From assembly GCA_023301245.1 (NCBI GenBank), contig JALZUV010000087.1, positions 1-33,146 of the forward strand: a stretch of DNA of 33,146 nt. Reading direction: 5' to 3'. Both the position numbers and the translations under genes were made by a program. Shown here piece after piece: positions 27,316 through 33,146 of this stretch (position 1 is its first letter; each line of letters begins with the position of its first letter). Origin of the DNA: Rickettsiales bacterium (GTDB taxonomy: Bacteria > Pseudomonadota > Alphaproteobacteria > Rickettsiales > JALZUV01). Under the pieces are notes generated by a model. The model was not told where the DNA came from, made no database searches, and saw nothing but the letters and a program-made list of their open reading frames with translations.

Positions 27316-28209
27316 ATGCAACCCATAGAATACCTGATTAAAAATACGAAGGACATGATCGAACGAGACTTAAATGCTCTCGGTGCTCAGGGCTGGAACC
27401 TCGTAGCCGTAGAAAGCTACAAGCGGATAGCGTATATATTTAGTCGTCCAGTGTCGAACACTATGTGTGAAAATTCGACGCGTCCTACTGCTACCAATGA
27501 GATCGCTTCGCGCTCCACTGTGGATGTCCCCGAAAATACGGCGTCTACCGACCTTATTATAGCGTTGCTGCGCGCCGAGGAGAGCGATGTTAAAGCGGAA
27601 ATGACATCGCTAGGAATTACATACAAATCTATGCGCAAACAAGCGATGCCCCATACGTGGGTCGTCTTTGGCTGCTCGAATATACCGAACCCGTTGCCTT
27701 CCTATATTAAGAGGCGGGTTTTGCAAACGTCTGCGGCGGCTTCAAGTCTGCAAGCAGAATTCGCTGATATCGACGAGCCGATTACACTGGTAGCCGATTA
27801 TACGCACCCTGCTATAGGGAAATCGACACGGGTGCAGGTATCGGAACTCGTGCGAAGACACGGCATACAATATACAAGCTGGGACGTGCATGCGACCACA
27901 CAGAATATGCACTTTCATATGTGTAAAAAAATTCCCGACGAACTACCGCCATGGCTTACGCCATTGACTGCCGTACCCGCACCTAGACAACGTGCCGCTG
28001 CCAGACCAGACGACATGAACCAGCCCTGCGACCTTATGGTAACGCAGCACCATATGCTTGGGCGTACACATGTAGCGATAGGCCAAACGATAACCACCCT
28101 CGGTATTAAATACACAGGCTTCCGCATGGACGACGCTGGACGTAACGCGATATTCGAAGGGTGCACAAACTTGCCCGACACCTTGCCTATCTGGCTTCAC
28201 CGCATATAA
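27316..28209 (+). CDS. DUF4177-like N-terminal domain plus three internal repeats
   Basis: EY...LNALGAQGWNLVAV...FSRP; 3x GI.Y...C..(I/L)P..LP.(W/Y). Confidence 0.7.
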   Translation: MQPIEYLIKNTKDMIERDLNALGAQGWNLVAVESYKRIAYIFSRPVSNTMCENSTRPTATNEIASRSTVDVPENTASTDLIIALLRAEESDVKAEMTSLGITYKSMRKQAMPHTWVVFGCSNIPNPLPSYIKRRVLQTSAAASSLQAEFADIDEPITLVADYTHPAIGKSTRVQVSELVRRHGIQYTSWDVHATTQNMHFHMCKKIPDELPPWLTPLTAVPAPRQRAAARPDDMNQPCDLMVTQHHMLGRTHVAIGQTITTLGIKYTGFRMDDAGRNAIFEGCTNLPDTLPIWLHRI

Positions 28210-28274
28210 GTAACAAAGCCTCGGTCAAAACACAGAACTGACCGAGGTTAGCAAACGTTTGCAAAGGACACACA

Positions 28275-28523
28275 ATGAGCAACACGCCGTGGCTTGATTT
28301 ATCGGAGCCGTTACGAAAGCGATTGAAGGTTGCCTACACAATGAACGGGTCCTTCGTACACAATACAGAGGGGTGTAGAGCATTGCATGATTTACTGATT
28401 ACACTTACCTCTCGTATTGACGAGCGCAATGAGATCATCCTTAAACTAGAGGCGGAAAATGCTGCGCTTAAGAAAGCGGCTGCTGCCAAGGGCCTTAAAA
28501 AACGATGGCACATATTCTCTTAG
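28275..28523 (+). CDS. Small coiled-coil protein
   Basis: AAGGA RBS right after palindrome 28251. Confidence 0.7.
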   Translation: MSNTPWLDLSEPLRKRLKVAYTMNGSFVHNTEGCRALHDLLITLTSRIDERNEIILKLEAENAALKKAAAAKGLKKRWHIFS

Positions 28524-28568
28524 CCTGCTATACAAAACTCGCAAACGTTTGCTAACTAAGGACTTCCT

Positions 28569-28790
28569 ATGTCAGACGCCAGAACCAGTACCTCCGCCCT
28601 CATTCGCACTATTGCGAACCAGCTAGACGAACCAGATAATTGCGTACTGATGGCTCACCCGAGAAGCATACTACTCGAAGCCCAACACGCAGGGGCCATA
28701 CCGCTAACGGTTGACCGCTATAGCACGGACTTACAGAGGCATATACGTAATTTGCAGGAAGCTATAATAGGCTTAAAGGGTGCACTATGA
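28569..28790 (+). CDS. Hypothetical protein
   Basis: AAGGA RBS after palindrome 28541. Confidence 0.7.
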   Translation: MSDARTSTSALIRTIANQLDEPDNCVLMAHPRSILLEAQHAGAIPLTVDRYSTDLQRHIRNLQEAIIGLKGAL

Positions 28791-29617
28791 CTACTTATTT
28801 TCCTATGTGGGATGAACACGCAAGGTGGTTCACAAAGAGCGGAGGGGCAATACCCGAACGGAAGTATCAAGTCGTACGCGAAGATCGGACCGAACTAACC
28901 ATAATGAAGCACCCCGATTTCAAGACGGGAGCCAACACACCAGCGGACATACCTTATAGGTATTTAGAAGAGCTACCGCACGATACGTTTTACGTTGAAG
29001 GGCCGGAGAAAGACCCGATTGGTTTCTTAGTCGAACGCATGCCAGACGACAGCTTGCAGCTCACCGTCGCAGATGACGAGCACGTATCCTTCTTGCACCT
29101 ATCATCCAACGCACGAAACATATCAGACGCCATAGCATCCATGGCCGATACCAAAGTGGTCCCTTCGGAATTCGGGAAGACTTACACCATCGACGGCGTG
29201 ACGTGCTTCCTTTCCATTATACGTAAAGGTGAGCACACGGCCATCGTAACTAACCCCAAGTTCGGCAAACGCTACATCCGTCTATACCTCTACGCCCTAG
29301 TGTTGCTTTTACTGTCGTTACAGGGGATTAAAAGCACACAACGTGTACGGCAGGGGGTAAAGATCAGCGCAGCGCCAGTATTCACTGATTATAAGGGGGA
29401 TATTGAGACAATAAGAACCATATGGTCTGGGTATTCAGAATATGCCGCCGCCGACGATGCCCAAAGGTTTGCAATAAGAGCACGAAGACGGGACCACGGC
29501 GTAAAAGGGCATTGGAGAACTTACAAAGACGGAAAGATAGTTTTCATCGCTGCACACAGGCGCGGAGATAAAAAACTAGGCACCGTCACATCCCACGTAG
29601 TTATAAAGGACAAATAA
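28787..29617 (+). CDS. Phage protein with C-terminal H-x-x-x-GHWR...RGD..LG motif
   Basis: RRDHGVKGHWRTYKDGKIVFIAAHRRGDKKLG, a recurrent basic phage motif. Confidence 0.75.
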   Translation: MTTYFPMWDEHARWFTKSGGAIPERKYQVVREDRTELTIMKHPDFKTGANTPADIPYRYLEELPHDTFYVEGPEKDPIGFLVERMPDDSLQLTVADDEHVSFLHLSSNARNISDAIASMADTKVVPSEFGKTYTIDGVTCFLSIIRKGEHTAIVTNPKFGKRYIRLYLYALVLLLLSLQGIKSTQRVRQGVKISAAPVFTDYKGDIETIRTIWSGYSEYAAADDAQRFAIRARRRDHGVKGHWRTYKDGKIVFIAAHRRGDKKLGTVTSHVVIKDK

Positions 29618-29618
29618 T

Positions 29619-30083
29619 ATGCTGCCATTAGACATACAAGAATTCGGAGAGCACGAAGATGCCCACCACATGACTTCGGAAGAGGAAAAAGATTATTATT
29701 CAGGCGTCGGGAAGTTGGTAATCTTCATCATACAGAATACCAAAGACAACTTTGAGTTCGACGTACTCGAAAGTAGCGGATGCGCGCGATGGCTGTGTGA
29801 GGGCCTAGGAGCGGACTACGCCCTTACGGAAGAATGGTTCGGAAGCCTCGCTTGGTATAAGGAAGGCACAACCTGCGCCATTGAGGATATATCCGTGAAT
29901 TATATACGCGGCGACGGCTGGGCGACAGACGACGATGAAGAATGGGACTACGGGGCAAGACACAAAACAGCCAAGCCATTAGCCTTGTTACTTTACAAGA
30001 TCGAAATAATTGCATGGAGACGTAAGTGCGACTTCCTACGCCTCGCTAAAAAGGCCTTAAATATATTATTGCGTAACACGTAA
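29619..30083 (+). CDS. Hypothetical protein
   Basis: AAGGA RBS. Confidence 0.7.
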   Translation: MLPLDIQEFGEHEDAHHMTSEEEKDYYSGVGKLVIFIIQNTKDNFEFDVLESSGCARWLCEGLGADYALTEEWFGSLAWYKEGTTCAIEDISVNYIRGDGWATDDDEEWDYGARHKTAKPLALLLYKIEIIAWRRKCDFLRLAKKALNILLRNT

Positions 30084-30102
30084 AACCTGCTACTATACAT
30101 CT

Positions 30103-30445
30103 GGGCGGTATAACGGGTACGACATCTCCCAGATGTATATAATCTCTCCGATACCCGTGGACTTTCGATGTACCGCCCACTTAACACTTTGCAGGCTTTC
30201 CCTTCTTCCATCACACTGCGCCCCGATGGGGGTAGGGAAAAGCTTGCGCAGCCCTTCACCATACGCTATATAATAACCGAGCGGTGCGTCGTTACCATCT
30301 GCAACGGGAAGGCCTTCCTAGCAGAGATCGCGAGCGTCGTCTTTGGGTAGACACAAGTGCAACCAGCAACAGAACCCTCTGAAACGCCTGCAACGAACCT
30401 AGTGATATTGCTATATCTGGGGGGCGTGCGGGGCCGCTTATTTAA
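30103..30445 (+). ncRNA. Candidate structured non-coding RNA(s)
   Basis: Promoter TTGCGT-16-TACTAT (30069-30096); several long helices with G-U pairs on the + strand; no credible ORF. Confidence 0.5.
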
Positions 30446-30464
30446 CATTGTCGGAGCGACGAAC

Positions 30465-30662
30465 ATGAACTACACAGTAATAGCATTATCCTCAGCCTGC
30501 ATACTCGTAGGTATCTGCGGACTTATATCTCGGGACAGGGATATAAAAAACATACCCAACATGTATAAAGAGACCCTTGTTCTTTGGAACATATTCGCCA
30601 AGATGGCATACGTAGTTATGCTTATTTCCGCAGGCCTGATTGCACGGGAATTATTGAAATGA
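30465..30662 (+). CDS. Small two-TM membrane protein
   Basis: CGGAGCG RBS; two hydrophobic stretches. Confidence 0.7.
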   Translation: MNYTVIALSSACILVGICGLISRDRDIKNIPNMYKETLVLWNIFAKMAYVVMLISAGLIARELLK

Positions 30663-30715
30663 CGGTAGGTTTTAAAACAGCAGCGTTATACACTGTGGAG
30701 GTGAAGTCATAAACC

Positions 30716-31144
30716 GTGCCAATCCGTAAACGAATAAAGACGACTAAACCCCGTAAGCTTAAGCGAAAACCTAGTACCCTTAAACGCAAACAGGTTTTAG
30801 ACAACGGCATATGTGTGGAAACGCGCTTACGTATAAAAGTATTGCTCGGGGCTTACACGTATGAGTTATGTGATTGGGACTACATGCACGACAGTCAATT
30901 CGACAAGCTATGTCTACTAGTCAATCTTGATCGACCAACGCACAGGCCAGACCTAGACAAATGGTTTAAAGAGAATTTCAGCCCGCACACGGGACAGTGG
31001 ATACACAACTTCCCAGAGCTTGGTAAACTAGACGTGCTTTGCAAACGTCTGCAAAGTTACAATATCGTTTTCAAGGACCGAGACAAATCCCTGAAAGTCG
31101 CCAAGAAATTAAAGAAAAAGAAAAAAAGAAAGCGCATCGTATGA
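30716..31144 (+). CDS. Stand-alone NAD-dependent ligase domain-Ia-like protein with basic tails (MPIRKR, GTG start)
   Basis: AYTYE...D.YMHDSQFDKL resembles LigA YY..D.P.ISDAEYD.L; GGAGG RBS. Confidence 0.6.
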   Translation: MPIRKRIKTTKPRKLKRKPSTLKRKQVLDNGICVETRLRIKVLLGAYTYELCDWDYMHDSQFDKLCLLVNLDRPTHRPDLDKWFKENFSPHTGQWIHNFPELGKLDVLCKRLQSYNIVFKDRDKSLKVAKKLKKKKKRKRIV

Positions 31145-31293
31145 CCATCCTCTTTATGCTGCTATCCCGCCTTGCTATAAACAGGGTAGTCGACGGTAAC
31201 TTGCGGTTCCGATCAAGAAAAGATTTCAAATACTTCTGCATTGTAGTTTGGCTATTCTTGCTGCCACGCGGCCTATTTATAGTAATTGCTTAA
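31141..31293 (+). CDS. Small hydrophobic protein
   Basis: ATGA overlap. Confidence 0.5.
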   Translation: MTILFMLLSRLAINRVVDGNLRFRSRKDFKYFCIVVWLFLLPRGLFIVIA

Positions 31294-31295
31294 CC

Positions 31296-31583
31296 ATGGC
31301 AATTCGTAGCAGGTTCCTAAAGGTAAGCGAGTTAGAGATGGGCATGCTCTACTGGCTTTACGTACCCAAGTCTGACCAGCAGACACGCACCCTAGCCACA
31401 ATGGCCGAGGCATACAAAGCCAATGAGGGTTTACTGCGTGGACACTTGATTAAACTTGCCATGGAGGGTCATATATATGAGGTCACAGAGCCGCACGAGC
31501 ACTGGGTAATCACACGGTCTACAAAGATACGGGTCAAACAACATATGGGCAATAGCTGGGGGTCTAAAAATGAAAAGACGTAG
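31296..31583 (+). CDS. Small winged-helix-like protein (MAIRSR N-terminus)
   Basis: TLATMAEAY...LRGHLIKLAMEGHI...W.IT. Confidence 0.55.
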   Translation: MAIRSRFLKVSELEMGMLYWLYVPKSDQQTRTLATMAEAYKANEGLLRGHLIKLAMEGHIYEVTEPHEHWVITRSTKIRVKQHMGNSWGSKNEKT

Positions 31584-31821
31584 ACAATCCATAAAGAAAG
31601 CCAAAGCGTCTGAGGCTCAGCCACCTAAGAAAGTCTTAAACGTCGCTACAGCAGAAAGAGACGGCAACAAACTCACAATGAACATCATGCTCTCCCGACC
31701 TAAAGTAAGAGCATCGGACCCGAAAGACTTCGAGCAAATACTGAGAGACCTTCGCACAGAGGAGGAGCGTCGAACACATGCCCCCAGACGAGAAGACGCG
31801 AGAAGACGGGTCTGGCGGTAA
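31570..31821 (+). CDS. Basic hypothetical protein
   Basis: GGGGGT RBS; MKRRRQSIKK. Confidence 0.7.
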   Translation: MKRRRQSIKKAKASEAQPPKKVLNVATAERDGNKLTMNIMLSRPKVRASDPKDFEQILRDLRTEEERRTHAPRREDARRRVWR

Positions 31822-31840
31822 CTAGACCGTAAATTTAATC

Positions 31841-31868
31841 TTGCACAAGCCGACAAACCTGCTACAAC
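31841..31868 (+). promoter_or_regulatory. sigma70-like promoter for tRNA/ncRNA transcript
   Basis: TTGCAC-16-TACAAC; shares AAACCTGCTAC with the promoter at 30069. Confidence 0.55.
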
Positions 31869-32067
31869 GGACACATAGCGAAAGCTATTCAGGTCTTTGT
31901 CATTGCCTGCGATTATAGTTGTTTTCTTAACTGCAAACGACAACACGGGTACACCCGTAACACTTGCGGCTGCTGCGTAAGCACAGTCCACGCGCCATAT
32001 GTGATTAGGCGGTGAACGGAACACATCGGAGGCTCGGCTTATCTGTCGGGCCTTCGTCACATTTTGG

Positions 32068-32144
32068 GCGGGGTTAGCTCAGTTGGTTAGAGCCGTCCGC
32101 TCATAACGGATTGGTCGGGGGTTCAAGTCCCTCACCCCGTACCA
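32068..32144 (+). tRNA. tRNA with CAU anticodon, probably Ile2 (lysidine), alternatively elongator Met
   Basis: GCGGGGT/ACCCCGT acceptor, GCTC/GAGC D-arm, GTCCG-CTCATAA-CGGAT, TTCAAGT T-loop, encoded CCA. Confidence 0.95.
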
Positions 32145-32162
32145 CACAGGAGAACGATACTT

Positions 32163-32384
32163 ATGTTTTTAATACTAGAATGGGCGGGCTTCATCGGCGT
32201 CTTACTAGGGACTTGGCTATACGGAAATCAAAAAGTCTCAGGCCCCTTGGTATGCCTCGTATCTGCATTGATACTTATAATAGTTGGACTTGTTCGAGAC
32301 ATACACCCTTTATGGCTGACGAACATAATTTTCGCTGTCATACATAGTAGAAACGCTTACAAACTCTGGGGCAGTAAACCCTAA
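32163..32384 (+). CDS. Three-TM membrane protein, half-PnuC/SemiSWEET-like
   Basis: AGGAG RBS; W.G.IG.LLG.WL...G.L..LVS...N..F...W pattern. Confidence 0.6.
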   Translation: MFLILEWAGFIGVLLGTWLYGNQKVSGPLVCLVSALILIIVGLVRDIHPLWLTNIIFAVIHSRNAYKLWGSKP

Positions 32385-32464
32385 ACACCTTGCGCACATT
32401 GCAAACGTTTGCTAACGTAATTAAGCGGGGAGGGGTTTACCCACCTAATTACGGAGCACGAGCA

Positions 32465-33146
32465 ATGCTAAAGAAACGACGCCAAAGCGTCTTACAGGCT
32501 AAAGAGGGAAAACCCCCCTCTTACACAAGGCCGTCCGTAATACTAACAAACGCACAAGAGTTAGAACGCGTAATGCGGGAAGATATTGCGAAATTAAACG
32601 CCGCGAGGGGACATCGCTTCGGCTTCCTAGACATACTAGATGCAAACACTCATGCCTCCTCCGAACGAGTAGCGGGTTCCGCAAGCGCAGCCAGCGCCGC
32701 TCGGGACTTAGGAAGGTGTGCAAGCCGCGCATCGACAGCTATGAGTTCGCTGAGACAAGAACTAGAACGACAAGAACTAAGCATAGAGGTCTCCACGGGA
32801 TTACCTTCGTGGGTACAGGAAAGCATACAAGAGGGAGACCTTAGTGATTACTCTATAGGGGGAGCGTTTACGCGCCGCGCTAGCTACGATAGACCAAACC
32901 CACCAGAATGCGTGATGCCGGATATTGATTACGGGTCTTTTGAACGTCGTATAACTGCTCATATGATAAACGTAGCATCCGAAGTTGCGGATAGGGAACT
33001 TACAATAACCATAGACGAAGCACAGTTGATGGCTTACGCCAAAAACATGCCTACCGTCACACCCAAGGACCCGCCTAACCACAGCCCTAACATGGCACGT
33101 AAAAACAGAAACAGTGTATGGCCCAAAAAGCCACTTCCCGTACACA
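32465..33146 (+). CDS. Hypothetical protein, 3' truncated (not in ORF track)
   Basis: TTGCGC-5-palindrome-TAACGT promoter; CGGAGCA RBS; MLKKRRQSVL... frame open to the window end. Confidence 0.75.
   Translation, partial: MLKKRRQSVLQAKEGKPPSYTRPSVILTNAQELERVMREDIAKLNAARGHRFGFLDILDANTHASSERVAGSASAASAARDLGRCASRASTAMSSLRQELERQELSIEVSTGLPSWVQESIQEGDLSDYSIGGAFTRRASYDRPNPPECVMPDIDYGSFERRITAHMINVASEVADRELTITIDEAQLMAYAKNMPTVTPKDPPNHSPNMARKNRNSVWPKKPLPVH

Larger units (their letters stand above)
1747..32412. repeat. Dispersed 12-bp palindrome GCAAACGTTTGC, 18 perfect copies
   Basis: Starts at 1747, 3530, 6255, 10647, 12435, 13944, 15679, 16908, 18935, 20504, 21541, 23939, 24586, 25146, 26705, 28251, 28541, 32401; one-mismatch copies at 27723, 31041. 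Confidence 0.95.

Noticed and set aside
30103-30445. tmRNA, RNase P RNA or second tRNA
   Set aside because: The 5' end GGGCGGT..GGGTACGAC is tmRNA-like and 30103-30179 is tRNA-sized, but there is no G3-U70, complete T-arm or CCA; GAAAGTCC and ACAGAACCC lie on opposite strands
11254-30464. Longest-ORF starts at 11254, 15217, 16148, 20205, 21266, 23158, 24594, 25154, 27304, 30357
   Set aside because: Downstream ATGs have clear RBSs or stop-start coupling; the upstream extensions run through promoters or other genes
31617-32060. 147-aa minus-strand ORF
   Set aside because: Overlaps a + strand gene and the tRNA promoter/leader; no motif or RBS
32068-32144. Initiator tRNA-fMet
   Set aside because: Lacks the three consecutive G-C anticodon-stem pairs and the C1-A72 mismatch

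Overview
Segment of a large tailed-phage genome; all credible genes are on the + strand. Left (1-6850): a recombination/DNA-processing module with an acidic Rho_N/HeH-repeat protein, RecA/UvsX, an Hjc-like resolvase, a Cas4-like exonuclease, RuvC, an H1-tailed protein, an HTH protein and a SWIM + RarA-C-like protein. Middle (6860-23790): dozens of small early-type ORFs, including a SleB cell-wall hydrolase and a DUF1419-like protein (weak hint of an alphaproteobacterial host). 23790-27300: gene-poor, repeat-rich region (ori/terminus candidate). Right: more ORFs, a ligase-Ia-like protein, two structured non-coding regions and a CAU tRNA (probably Ile2). The main unexplained signals are: (1) 18 perfect copies of the palindrome GCAAACGTTTGC, many placed in sigma70-like promoter spacers; (2) a same-orientation GGTTGTAAAC motif; (3) unrelated proteins sharing an N-terminal MPIRKR peptide encoded by different codons; (4) paralogous basic-tailed DNA-binding candidates; (5) a hairpin hiding the hydrolase RBS. 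All family calls are by-eye motif recognition, not database searches.
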